Source of the DNA: Bryobacterales bacterium
GTDB taxonomy: Bacteria; Acidobacteriota; Terriglobia; Bryobacterales; UBA6623
Assembly (NCBI GenBank): GCA_965213745.1
Contig: CBDBZZ010000069.1
Span: 3,053 to 67,052 of the forward strand
Direction: 5' to 3'
Length of the DNA stretch: 64,000 nt
The notes below the pieces were generated by a model. The model had not been told where the DNA came from, made no database searches, and saw only the letters and a program-made list of their open reading frames with translations. Shown one piece after another: positions 36,405-46,345 of this stretch. The position numbers and the translations under genes were made by a program. Numbering within the stretch: the stretch's first letter is position 1; every line of letters begins with the position of its first letter.

Positions 36405-37031
36405 CTAGCCATCCTTTCTGGTCGGCAGGCGCAGGCCTGTCGGCTCCACTACGAACACTTCGTCGTCCCCGACAGCAACGATCTTCACGGAGGCGAAAGC
36501 GGGGATCTGCGCACCCGCGCTCACCGCGGACATGATCCGGCGACGGCCCGAGACCGTGACCTCAATCTGGCCCTGCCCCTCGCCGCGCCGCGGAATCGTC
36601 AGATAGACCTTGGCAACCCGGCCTACCGCCGAGTCCGCATCGTAGCGCGGCACGTGCGTCATGCGGCGCACTCCGTGCATCAAGCCCGCTGAAAGCGACA
36701 TCAGAGCAACCCCGAAGCCTGTCGCCATGGTTGCCGACCAAGCTGCTCCCATGCCCCAACTGAGCCTGCACGCCAACCCCATCCACCCGACGCCCATGAA
36801 GAACGACAGTACGGACAGCACCGAGAAGAACGTGAAGGCGGAAGTGCTGTCCATGCCCGCCTCGACATCGCCGGGGTCGAAGTCGGCATCGGTGCCGCCG
36901 AAGAAGAACTCCAGAGACAGCTTGATCAGAAAGGCCAGCGTCGCAGTAGCCGCCAAGAGGAAGTAGACGGCGGCGTCGATGCCGACCGAGAGATATTCCT
37001 CGAGGTTGAACAGGGATGCAATCAAGGGCAT
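36405..37031 (-). CDS. NfeD-like membrane protein (YuaF/YqiJ-type partner of flotillin)
   Basis: TM helices, then a C-terminal OB-like segment (GRVAKVYLTIPRRGEGQGQIEVTVSGRRRIMSAVS). The stop lies 2 nt before the flotillin ATG. Confidence 0.7.
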   Translation of the reverse strand: MPLIASLFNLEEYLSVGIDAAVYFLLAATATLAFLIKLSLEFFFGGTDADFDPGDVEAGMDSTSAFTFFSVLSVLSFFMGVGWMGLACRLSWGMGAAWSATMATGFGVALMSLSAGLMHGVRRMTHVPRYDADSAVGRVAKVYLTIPRRGEGQGQIEVTVSGRRRIMSAVSAGAQIPAFASVKIVAVGDDEVFVVEPTGLRLPTRKDG

Positions 37032-37338
37032 GCCACACCTCGTCCAAGCGAGCGGGCCGCACGGTCGGTCTTATTAGAGCACACATACTGCACTGCGAAG
37101 CGCCGCTTCGGACGTAGAGCGCACGATTGATCTTTCCCATGTCAGGAGCCTGTTGTGGCGGTGCGTCGACCGCTGCGGGGCGGGTCGGCTGGCCGCTGAG
37201 ACTCAGGTCCTAGGCCGTGCTCGCGTTCCGCTGCCTTGCGGCGGTCCCACAGGCAACCCAGCGCCCGCCAGGCCTGGGCGCACGCTTCCGGCTGCCGCCC
37301 GCCGGGCCAGCCGCAGATTCCCGTCAGCGTGAGCAGGC

Positions 37339-37810
37339 TCAGGATCGCGCCCCGCGGAGGCCGCCGCGCCGGTCCGGCACCTCCTCCAGCAACTCCCGCA
37401 ACACCTGCAGGTCCGCCCTTTTCCAGCCCGGCTGTGGCTGTTCCGCCATCCTCTTTTCCCGCTCCCGCTTCGCCCGCAGCGGCTCGCGCACGTTCCGCTG
37501 CAGCGGGTACAGCAGCATCGTCTGTGCCTGTCCCGCTTGGTTCGTGGAGCGCCCGTAGCCCCGGCTGCGCCCCACCGCCAGCCCGTACGCCGCCTAGTCC
37601 ACCCTACCTCGGCAGCGGCTCGGCCCGCTCCCGGGCGGGCCCCCACTCCGCCTGCCAGGCCGTGCGCAGCCGGCGCAGGTGGGCCCCCAGCCCGGACGAG
37701 CCCCGGTGCGCCCAAGCCGCGCCCTGCGAACTGCTGGAAGCCGAGGTAGTGCCGCTCGTCCATCAGGCGATCCCACTCCGGTCGTATCAGTAAACTAGCC
37801 CCTGAGCCTA
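37339..37810 (-). pseudogene. Remnant of a DUF4338-type gene (the domain found in Druantia DruA and IS-associated genes)
   Basis: Fragments lie in two frames: ..LIRPEWDRLMDERHYLGFQQFAGRGL.. and ..GYGRSTNQAGQAQTMLLYPLQRNVREPL... The middle of the family is missing. The domain assignment is from memory of the HYLG and C-terminal patterns. Confidence 0.35.
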
Positions 37811-37924
37811 ACTCCTGGACTGCTTGTCTCCTAGGCTCAAAAAACAGCCGTGCCTCGGAAACCTGTTTCCTGGCACTGTAGGATGACAGCATTGGCATTG
37901 TTTTCGAAGTGGAGACACTGGCCG

Positions 37925-38521
37925 ATGCGGAACCTTCTCAAGCGCATCATGGAGCACGCCCAAGCACTTCCGGAGGCCACGCCGCTGTGTCCGGGTGCCC
38001 TGCTCCACCTCGGTCACCAAGCGGCGATCGACCAGGCGCTGTCGCGTCTGACCCTCTCGGGCAAGCTGATGCGGATCTGCCAGGGCGTCTACATGCGTCC
38101 TGTCGAGACCCGGTTCGGCTTGCGGGCGCCCCGCCTCGGCAAGGTGCTCGCCGCTCTGTCGGCGTTGTGGGGCGAAACTATTTTGCCGTGCGGCGGGGCG
38201 GCGGCCAACCGTCTCGGACTGACCACGCAGAATCCGGTCCGTGCGGTCTACCTCACCTCCGGCCCCAACCGATGTCTTCACTTTGGATCGTCCGTCGTAG
38301 AGTTGCGCCATGCGCCGCGTTGGCAACTCGTGGCTCCGCATCGCAGGGCTGGTGACGTCATCCGCGCACTGGCATGGCTCGGTCCAGAAGAAGTCGAGGG
38401 CGGGCTGGAAGCGGTCCTGCAGACGCTTCGCGACAAGGATCGCGACGAGCTCTCGGCCGCACGGGCCACCATGCCGAACTGGATGGCGCAACCTGTTAGC
38501 GCCCGCCTTCCGCACGGCTGA
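37925..38521 (+). CDS. AbiEi-type (type IV TA) antitoxin-like protein
   Basis: MRNLLKRIMEHAQALPEATPL.PGALLHLGHQAAIDQALSRLTLSGKLMRICQGVYMRP matches the AbiEi/DUF6088 N-terminal wHTH pattern (aLsRL...G.l.Ri.rGvY). It is followed immediately by an AbiEii-like fragment. Confidence 0.6.
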   Translation: MRNLLKRIMEHAQALPEATPLCPGALLHLGHQAAIDQALSRLTLSGKLMRICQGVYMRPVETRFGLRAPRLGKVLAALSALWGETILPCGGAAANRLGLTTQNPVRAVYLTSGPNRCLHFGSSVVELRHAPRWQLVAPHRRAGDVIRALAWLGPEEVEGGLEAVLQTLRDKDRDELSAARATMPNWMAQPVSARLPHG

Positions 38522-38540
38522 GACGCGGTATCAGGACCTT

Positions 38541-38744
38541 GTGGCCGACGACCGGCGCGACGCTTTGGAGGCGGTGGAGCACAGCAGCAGCCAGAAGGCG
38601 CATCTTCTGGAGAAAGACATCTGGGTGGTCGCGACGCTCGACGCCCTGTTCGACAGCCCTTCGCCCGGCACCTGACCTTCAAGGGCGGCACTTCGCTGTC
38701 GAAGGCACGGCGCACGATTCGGCGTTTCTCCGAAGATGTCGATA
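38541..38744 (+). pseudogene. AbiEii/AbiGii nucleotidyltransferase toxin, N-terminal fragment only (frameshifted and IS-disrupted)
   Basis: ..AHLLEKDIWVVATLDALFDSPS / LTFKGGTSLSKA.RTIRRFSEDVD: the FKGGTsLsK...RFSEDiD signature is split by a frameshift near 38670. The reading frame is then cut by the IS630-like insertion at 38745. After the IS only 8 codons remain before a stop. Confidence 0.6.
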
Positions 38745-39653
38745 CTGATCGCGTCAAAAGTCGTGTCTCGGGAATCTGGGATCGTAAAAGAACGGGAAGA
38801 CCACGCCAAGGGACAGATCGGCACCTGGCTTGGATCCGCATCGTCGTCCTAGACCAAGACCCCGATCAATACCAAGTCGAGTGCGCTTGGTGGACCGCGC
38901 AGCGAGTGCGCCAAGCCTTGGGGGAGAAGTTCGGCAGCGTCCTGAGCGTCTCCACGGTGCGCCGGAGCCTGCGGCGGCTCGGACTCACGCCGCAGCGGCC
39001 CCAGCGGTGCGCCACCCGGTACGATCCCGCTGCTGTGCAGCGGTGGAAAGACGAAGAGCTCCCCCAGATCCTTCGCTGTGCCTAGGGGTTGGGAGCCATG
39101 ATCGCCTGCGCCGACGAGTCCGGCCTAGCTTTGCAGAGCGTGCATGGGCGCACCGGGGCCCGTGCGGGCAGACCCCCGTTGGGCGGGGTGGCCAGCGGGC
39201 GTTTCCGCCTCCACCGGCTGGCGGCCAGCAGCCCGGAGGGCCAGCTCCATTACACAGTGCGGGGAGGTCCTGCCGCGGCGGAGGTCTTCCGGGAGTTTCC
39301 GGAGCGGATCGCGGAGGAAGCGGATCGGAAGATTCGGCTGGTGGTGGACAATTGCAGGATGCACCGTGCCCGGACAATCCGGGAGTGTCTGAAAGCGAAC
39401 CAAGCCGCGGTAGAGCTGTACTTTCAGCCGACCTACTCGCCGCAAGTCAATCCTGCGGAACTGCTAGGGGCCTTGGTCCAGCGGCGGGTCCGTCGCGAGT
39501 TGAGCAAGACCGAAGAACAGCTTCGCGACAACCTGGAAGCTGCTTGCCAGTCTTTGCAAAAAGCTCCGGAACAGGTGCCAGCCTTCTTGCGAGAGGCAGA
39601 CTGCAAGTCTATTCTTGCCTGCATTCTGAGGACACGACTTTTGACGCGATCAG
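38745..39653 (+). mobile_element. Defective IS630/Tc1-mariner-family insertion sequence (909 bp)
   Basis: Perfect 23-bp terminal inverted repeats CTGATCGCGTCAAAAGTCGTGTC (38745-38767 and 39631-39653 reverse complement), flanked by TA/TA (38743-44 and 39654-55). The internal transposase frame has DDE blocks IACADESG, LVVDNCRMH and YSPQVNPAE, but no start codon, no N-terminal HTH, and an in-frame TAG near 39083. Confidence 0.8.
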
Positions 39654-39716
39654 TACAGTACTGGGATGGATGCTGTAACCATCACCGAGGCCAAACCCTG
39701 CAGAACTAAACCTTGA

Positions 39717-40978
39717 GACCCGTACCCCGACAAGGCGCTGTCGGCCACCTTCATCCGCTCCGCGCCGCCCGGAAGGCACGCCGATGGGAACGGATTGTTC
39801 CTCTACGTCAAGCCCGAGGGCACCCGTAGCTGGACCCAGCGGCTCGTCATCCGCGGCCGGCGGCGCGAACTGGGACTCGGAGCCGTCGCGCTCGTCTCGC
39901 TGGCCGAGGCCCGCGAGTTTGCCCTCGCCAACCGCAAGCTGGCCCGGTCCGGCGGCGACCCGCTGGCCGACAAGCGCCGCGTCCGGGGCGTGCCGATGTT
40001 CACCGAGGTCGCCTGGCGCGTGCTGGAGCAGAAACGGGGCGGCGGGCGCGGCCCGCGGCACGCCCACGACTGGTGGCGGAGCCTGGAGCGTTACTAATTT
40101 TGCCAAAAGGAATTGCAAGCTACCCACTAATGAAATCAATGGCTTGCGGAGTTTCTTCGTGCAATTACTTATGAAAACATCAGTACGTGTTCCCGCGCAT
40201 CGGCAAGCGGCCGGTGTCGGAGGTCAACACGGCCGATGTGCTGGAGATCCTCACGCCGATCGGACACGAGAAGGCGGAGACGGCGCGGGCGGTGCGCCAG
40301 AGGGTCCGCTCGGTGCTGGAGTGGTCCATTGCGATGGACCTGCGGAACGACAACCCATGCGACCGCATCGGCCCGGCGCTCGGCCCGCAGAACGAAATCG
40401 TGACGCACCGGCTGGCTTTGCCGCATCAGGAGGTGACCGCGGCGGTCGAGACGGTGCGGATGTCGGGCTCGGCGGTGCCGGCCGTCAGGCTGGCGTTCGA
40501 GTTCCTGGTGTTGACCACGGCGAGATCCGCCGAGGTGCGGCTGGCGATGTGGGACGAGATGAACGTGACCGACCACGTGTGGACCGTCCCGGCCACGCGG
40601 ATGAAGGCGAAGCGCGAGCACCGGGTCCCGCTGTGTGGACGGGCGGTCGAGATCCTCGCCGAGGCACGGACGCTCGGCGGCGACCTCGTGTTCTCGATGC
40701 GGAACGGCAGGCCGATCGCGTCGTCGACGCTGCCGAAGATGCTCAAGTACCTTGGCATCGCGGCCGTTGTCCACGGCTTCCGGTCGAGTTTCCGAGACTG
40801 GGCGGCGGAGAAGACGGACCACCCGCGGGAGGTGACCGAGGCGGCGCTGGCGCATGTGGTGCCGAACAAGGTGGAGGCGGTGTATGCGTGGTCGGACCTG
40901 TTCGAGCGTCGGCGGCTTCTGATGGACAACTGGTTGGCCTACCTTGACAAGGGGCGGCGGGCACCTTATCCTAAATAA
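39717..40978 (+). pseudogene. P4-type tyrosine integrase, split by a 90-bp MITE and lacking a start codon
   Basis: DUF4102-like N-terminus (..DGNGLFLYVKPEGTRSWTQRLVIRGRRRELGLGAVALVSLAEAREFA..). Catalytic C-terminus (..LLVLTTARSAEV..., HGFRSSFRDWAAE, EAALAHVV.NKVEAVY). Removing 40094-40185 restores ..WWRSLERY|VFPRIGKRPVSE in frame. Confidence 0.85.
40094..40183. mobile_element. 90-bp MITE, copy A (inside the integrase gene)
   Basis: AT-rich 90-bp insert flanked by TA/TA, with imperfect TIRs CTAATTTTGCC.. / ..GAAAACATCAG. It is 79/90 identical, in reverse orientation, to 58616-58705. Confidence 0.75.
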
Positions 40979-41020
40979 GGCGCTAGGACCTTGGTCGGTG
41001 CGCGAAAAGGGAGGGGAAGG

Positions 41021-41377
41021 ATGCGGATCACGCGTTCGGGCTCGCAACGTTGGCACGGAGAGACGGTTGTCTTCGAAGGCAAGCCATCAGAAATAAACGA
41101 TTTAGAGATTACATTATATAATGTGCGTGATCTCAATTCGTCGCGTACCCAGCATGACTACACCGTGAGAATCACCGACGAGGAACTTGATCAACTGTTG
41201 GACGAGCGCCTGAAACGATTCCGGCGAGATATCCTCGCCCGTATTGTTGAACCTACAGACGACGAACGCCTTCGAGAACTGCTCGACCAATACGCCTGCT
41301 GGTACGCTGCGTCCAGCCGCTCGCGCCCAATGGTGTCGGCGGCGCGCACGAAGGATCCGTCGAAACAGAGGTCCTAG
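41021..41377 (+). CDS. Hypothetical protein (island cargo)
   Basis: ATG 41021 after AAAGGGAGGGGAAGG. 118 aa (MRITRSGSQRWHGETVVFEGKPSEINDLEITLYNVRDL...). It covers a locally AT-rich patch. No recognisable domain. Confidence 0.4.
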   Translation: MRITRSGSQRWHGETVVFEGKPSEINDLEITLYNVRDLNSSRTQHDYTVRITDEELDQLLDERLKRFRRDILARIVEPTDDERLRELLDQYACWYAASSRSRPMVSAARTKDPSKQRS

Positions 41378-41734
41378 CTCTGGGCTGCCGGTCGTGACGA
41401 GTTGCGTTCCCACGGCGCGGACCTGGGCGGTCTTGCCGGGCGTAGCGTGAGGCTCCGACGCCTCGTTGGCCTCGCCCATGAACGCCCGTGCGACCGCATC
41501 GACGATGGCGACGACCACTACGGCGCGTGCGATGTAGGTGTCGACGCCAAGCCGAACCGCCAGCGGGAGCAAGGCCCATAACTGCACGCTGAGCGCAGGG
41601 ACGGCCGACGTGTCACCCGCCAGGGTCGCAGCGAAGCGGAGAACGCACGCAGCGCGTTCACACGTCGGCCGTCCCGTAGCTACCCCACCTCTCGTTGAAC
41701 CTGCCGCTCAGTCTCACCCCGGACCCACACCTGA

Positions 41735-43726
41735 TTAAGGAGAGCCAATCATGCTTCGTCCCGCAACAGCGACGCCTGGGGGCGAATCGCCTGATACCGG
41801 AACGGCTTCATGAACTTCCTGACGAGCTCGGAGTTTCCGGAAATCCGGATTGTCGTTCCGCTTGACCGACAACGGAACCCAAGCCGCCTTCAGGTTCTCG
41901 ACGGCTCCGTGCCAGATGCACCCCCGTTCGGGGGTGCTGCTCACGACAACCCAGGCACCTGGATTGGAGGTCGCCAGCGCCAACGGCCAGACAGGGCCGC
42001 CACCCGCCCTCCAGAGCAGCCCGGCGACGACCGTCAGCGTCCACCCCGAATCGACCACATCGTCCACGAGCAGAACGGGACCGCCCGGCAGGTCGCCTTG
42101 AACCGCAAACACGCCGTCCAGATTGCGGCATTGGTGCGCTGCATTCTGTTGCTCTTTCTGCGGGGCGTTACGCTTCACCTTGATCACGACCGGCGTGAAC
42201 GGCAGCGCCAGCGCGGTCGCAAGGCGCTTGGCGAAGTGAGGGACCAGCGTCGGCTGATCGTACGACGGCACGCAGGTGACCCACCGCGGCGGAGGATCCG
42301 GTCGCCAGCGGTTGCGAACCATTTCCGCCGCGGCGTCGACCAGCTCGTCCCGAAAGCGACCGGCACCCTTGTCCGAAGTGACGGCCCCGCCCCAACCCGC
42401 ATCGCCCCAGTGCGAAAGTATGCGGCCCGTTCCGGCATCCAGTGCGCCCGTGAGACTGCCCGAGAAGCCGTATTCGGGAAGCAGGCCGCTCCGCACCCGC
42501 TTCTTGCACTCCAGCGGCATGTCGGCCTGACGAAGAAAACGGGTCGCCGCGACCACCCGCTCCCGGGAAATACGTCGGCTCGACGACGGGACTCCCCCGG
42601 CACGAGGCGCATCTGCCGCAGGGCCGCGGGTCGGAATCGTCGAGCGCTCCGGCCAGAAACGCCATCAGACATCCCGGTTTGTCGATGTAGGGCCGCACCT
42701 CCCGCCATTCCGTCTCGCGCTGCCGCGTCAGTCGCTGCATGCGCTCATGGTCCATCCGAAAGGCGACCGGCGTTCTCCGCCATTTGGTGCCGTCTTTCGT
42801 GATCGGAGCGGGATTGTCCACGGACAGCACCTTGAGGACCTTCTCTATCTGTCTGTAGCGCAGGTTCAACGAGGCCTCCAGTTCCCGTCGTGGGTGACAC
42901 CTCTGTAGTAGGGCCGTGCGACGACGCCCCCCGCTCAATCATGTCCGCACAAATTCAGCCACGCCGAAACCTGCTCCGCATCCCGCTTGGTCAGCGTAGA
43001 GATGATCCCGGTTCCCGGCAGCTCGTCGATGTGGTCGGCGAGCCACGCAAGGCGTTCCGACTGCGTCGGCAGACGCATGGTCTGCAAGAGCAGCGTTTCC
43101 CGCATCAGGGTGCCGCGCTGGACGACCGTCCAACCGAGTTGCGTCTGGGCATCCGCTATCATGCGGTCGTTGGCGGTAGCGGTCGTGCCGAGTATCGACA
43201 TGTTGTCCGGCATCCGTTGCAGGATGTTGAGCAGACGCCGATAATCGGGACGAAAATCATGACCCCAGGCGGAGATGTAGTGCATTTCGTCCACCACCAG
43301 GAGTCCTGTGCGGGCGGAAACCGGCAGCAGTATGTCCTCCACGAATTCATCGTTCGCCAGCAGCTCGCCGACTTCGTCGGCGTGCATTGTGCGCTGCACG
43401 GCCCGCCACTCGTCCCTGTTCGTGGAGTTGATCGTGAGCGCCCGGATGCCGAGACGTTCGGCCGCCTGTATCTGATTGCGCATGAGGGCCAGCAGCGGCG
43501 ACACGATCAGGGTCGGCCCGCGACCGCCGTCCCGCAGCATGCACGTCGCGATGAAATAGACCGAGCTCTTGCCCCAGCCGGTTCGTTGAACCACGAGCAG
43601 CCGTGACCGGTCGTTCACGACCGAGTCGATGGCCCCCCACTGCCCGTCGCGGAAGACGGCGTCGTCATCGGCGAGCTGCCGCCTGAAGAGCGCGAGGGCC
43701 GTCGATCGGTCGGTCATGCGCGTCAC
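41735..43726 (-). pseudogene. RecQ-like superfamily-2 helicase fused to a ComF-type phosphoribosyltransferase domain; internally deleted and frameshifted
   Basis: N-terminal ORF 42935..43726 has Walker A QRTGWGKSS and DExH VVDEMHYIS. The helicase C-terminal domain (about 140 aa) is missing. Sequence resumes with ..LSVDNPAPI..CLMAFLAGALDD..CGRCASCRG (Zn/RQC-like). After another frameshift near 42570 comes a PRTase domain (PVLLVDDVVDSGWTLT). Confidence 0.6.
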
Positions 43727-43765
43727 GAGCGATACGACAGCCGGAAGGCCGCGGATGACGCCGAG

Positions 43766-44227
43766 TCACGCACTGCCGAAGATTTCGGGATGATGCGCGA
43801 TCCGGTCATTCAGAGGTTGATCGTATCGGATTACGACAACGCGGTACCCGCGATCGCGAAGCTCGTCGCGCACCTGCTGATCGCAGGCGGGCCTGCGCCG
43901 GATCGTCGTGAACGGAACCATCGCAGAAGATGCAGACACACGTGGGCGGATCGAGATCCGCCCCAGCGACGGAAACGGCACCGCCCCCTCGCGCAACGTC
44001 AACCGGTCGGCCTGCCAGAGCAGATGTGCGCCGGCGTCCGCCAGATCATCGACGGTCGGCGGCGGAAACGTCGCGGGGCGCAACCGTTCCCCAGGCAGAT
44101 CCGAACCGGTCAGGTTCGACAGGTGCTTGTGGATCGCGACGACGTCATCCAGAGCGCCGGCGAGCGGCCGCAGACGGTGAACATCGGGATCGCCGCTCGG
44201 CAGCAGCACCAGTCGCGGTTCCTGCAT
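43766..44227 (-). pseudogene. Small ORF with Vsr/DUF559-like endonuclease C-terminus, apparently frameshifted
   Basis: The ORF ends ..DQQVRDELRDRGYRVVVIRYDQPLNDRIAHHPEIFG. The expected preceding motif IFCDGSVHD is encoded at 43905-43931 in another frame, so there are two frame changes within about 70 nt. Confidence 0.3.
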
Positions 44228-44268
44228 GGAACGATCGTGCCAGGGTTCATCCTCGTCTCGACCGGGCG

Positions 44269-45732
44269 TTACAGATCCGCGGTTCGCCAATCACTCAGTC
44301 CAGCGACGATGCACTCTTCGAGCCACACGCGGAATCGATCCTCGATGGATGTCGGATCCTCCCGATAGTTGATTTGAAACACGGCCCGCGCTAACGCCTT
44401 GGCCGGGCCGGATTCTCTGTCGTTTCTGTCGGTCTGCACCCGCTGGAAGAATACCGCGCAACAGGCGAGCACGCCCCTGAACTCATGACCGATGCCGTGA
44501 AACGCAATCAATAGTTGGCTCTGGTTCGCATTGTGGATCACGAGCCGGACCCATGCGCGATACGTCTCCATGTTGGCGAAGTACTCGAGTGCCTTCGCTC
44601 CGGCGACGATTTGTTGCCGGAAATAGTGACTGCGGGCGTCGTGATCGCTCGCCCCGTCCACGAACACCGTAACGTGATCGAGTAGAGGCCTGACCTCCCT
44701 GTCGAAAGTCACCGTCACCTGTCTCAGCCGCTCTTCCGCGATTCGCCGGAGTTCTTCGGCCCGATCCTTGACGGTGTTCCACTCCGCCAGCAACGCATCG
44801 CGTCGATGCTCCAGCTCCCTCCGGGTCGACTGGATCAGGTCCTCCGCAACAACCAGCCTTCCGACGTCGCGAGACAACCCGAGCGCCCTTACGAATTCCC
44901 GACGCTGAATCCCGGAAAAGAAAACGATCAGGGGCTTCAGGTCTCCCAGATCAGCCGCTTCCAGGGCGTCGAGGTACGTGCTCTTGCTGGCGCTGCGCAC
45001 CACCAGTGGGAAACGGACCGCCTTCACCAGCACCATGGTCGCCAGGGATCGAGCCACCCGTCCGTTGCCGTCCTGAAAGGGATGGATCTGCGTAAAGCGA
45101 TGATGAAGCCAGGCCGCCTCGACTTCCGGAGCAACATCGACATGCTTCCGGTGCATTTCGATCAGGGCATCCATTTCGGACGCAACCTGTTCCGGCGGAC
45201 AGTACTCGTGGGTCTCGCCCGACCGTCCGGTCGGATTGTTCGGTATCCGCTTGTAGTCACCCCTGAGTAGCGGGACTTGCACCCGGTTTCCGAACTGATC
45301 CCTTTCCTCCGCCGTCTCCTGGTTCTGCGTCAGAAGCGCATGAAGTTCCTTGATGTAGCTCGTCGACAGTGGGCGTTTGTCCTTGACGAAGGCGAATACG
45401 TAGTCTATGGCTGCCTCGTGATCGCGGATCATGGACGCAACGGTTTCCGGCGTCGCGCCGGCCCCGTGGGGTATCAGTGCCGCATCAATGCCGTGCTCAA
45501 TCAGGATTTCGGTTACGCCTCTGCCGAAATCGTACACCCGCTCGATCAGGCCGGTCTCGATCGCCCATTCCCGGCGCAATTTCTCGTTGAATTTCGGCAG
45601 CGCCTCGGAATCCGCGAGCCGTTCACGCTCTTCCTGCCAGACTCTGGCCAACGCCGCGATCTCGCCCTGCTCCAGTGACGTCGGATCCACCTCGTAGTCG
45701 CGGATCGGATGCCACTCGCGTCCGCCGTTCAT
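44269..45732 (-). CDS. Fic/DOC family protein (AMPylase-type) with about 200-aa C-terminal extension
   Basis: Intact 487-aa ORF. Canonical Fic motif HPFQDGNGRVARSLA. The start ATG overlaps the stop of the upstream DctP remnant (ATGA). Confidence 0.85.
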   Translation of the reverse strand: MNGGREWHPIRDYEVDPTSLEQGEIAALARVWQEERERLADSEALPKFNEKLRREWAIETGLIERVYDFGRGVTEILIEHGIDAALIPHGAGATPETVASMIRDHEAAIDYVFAFVKDKRPLSTSYIKELHALLTQNQETAEERDQFGNRVQVPLLRGDYKRIPNNPTGRSGETHEYCPPEQVASEMDALIEMHRKHVDVAPEVEAAWLHHRFTQIHPFQDGNGRVARSLATMVLVKAVRFPLVVRSASKSTYLDALEAADLGDLKPLIVFFSGIQRREFVRALGLSRDVGRLVVAEDLIQSTRRELEHRRDALLAEWNTVKDRAEELRRIAEERLRQVTVTFDREVRPLLDHVTVFVDGASDHDARSHYFRQQIVAGAKALEYFANMETYRAWVRLVIHNANQSQLLIAFHGIGHEFRGVLACCAVFFQRVQTDRNDRESGPAKALARAVFQINYREDPTSIEDRFRVWLEECIVAGLSDWRTADL

Positions 45733-46345
45733 CTACCCCATCCCCACGCGCTCGATTGGCAGTTCGCCCGGAACTCGGTGCGGGCGGCGACCACCGCGTC
45801 GTAGATGTTCGCCGGCACCCGGCTGCCGCGCCAGGTCGCCGTCAGCGGCGCGGCCACGGCCCGTAACTCGGCCGCTTCGGCCGCGCCGACCGCCGACACG
45901 TTCAGCCCGCACTTCTGCATCTCGGCCACCGCGTTCCGGTCCTGGCACGGCACCTCCTCGAGCAGGAAGTCCTGCGTCTCCGAGCAGCGATCCGCTTCAC
46001 CGATACGGGTCCAGGCCCGCTCGGTCATGACTGTGGCACCGAAGACCGGGCTGAGCGGAACGTCGAGAATGTGGGACGTCTACCGGTACCACTGGAGCAC
46101 CGGCACACCGTAGGGCGGGCTCGGGTAGGCATCGATGAGCCCGGTGTTCAGCCCCATGAGCATGTCGGTCAGTTCCAGCGACACGAGCTCGAAGCCGTTC
46201 TCCCAGTACCAGCGTACCATGCCGTCGTCGCCGGCCGACGTGAACAGCTTCGCCGCCTGCAGGTCGCGCATGTTGCGTATCGGGCGCGCCGAGAAGATGT
46301 GCGCCCGGCCGCCGTGCCCCCGAAGACGACCCTTTGCACTCCGCG
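45729..46345 (-). pseudogene. TRAP-transporter solute-binding protein (DctP family) remnant
   Basis: ..AHIFSARPIRNMRDLQAAKLFTSAGDDGMVRWYWENGFELVSLELTDMLMGLNTGLIDAYPSPPYGVPVLQWYR-TAG-TSHILDVPLSPVFGATVMTERAW... There is an in-frame TAG at 46080-82 and the N-terminal half is absent. Confidence 0.55.

Noticed and set aside
41378-41734. Possible Walker-A-like string (..HATPGKTAQV..) in minus ORF 41114..41587, considered as an ATPase remnant.
   Set aside because: The motif is imperfect, the surrounding order of motifs is wrong for a P-loop NTPase, and half of the ORF is antisense to the better-supported 41021..41377 ORF.
45729-45732. The ATGA stop/start overlap between the DctP relic and fic, considered as evidence that the 99-aa ORF is a functional partner of Fic.
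   Set aside because: The 99-aa ORF continues in frame, across a TAG, with clear DctP-family sequence and lacks the N-terminal half. The overlap is more simply a junction created when the cassette landed in or next to a dctP gene.
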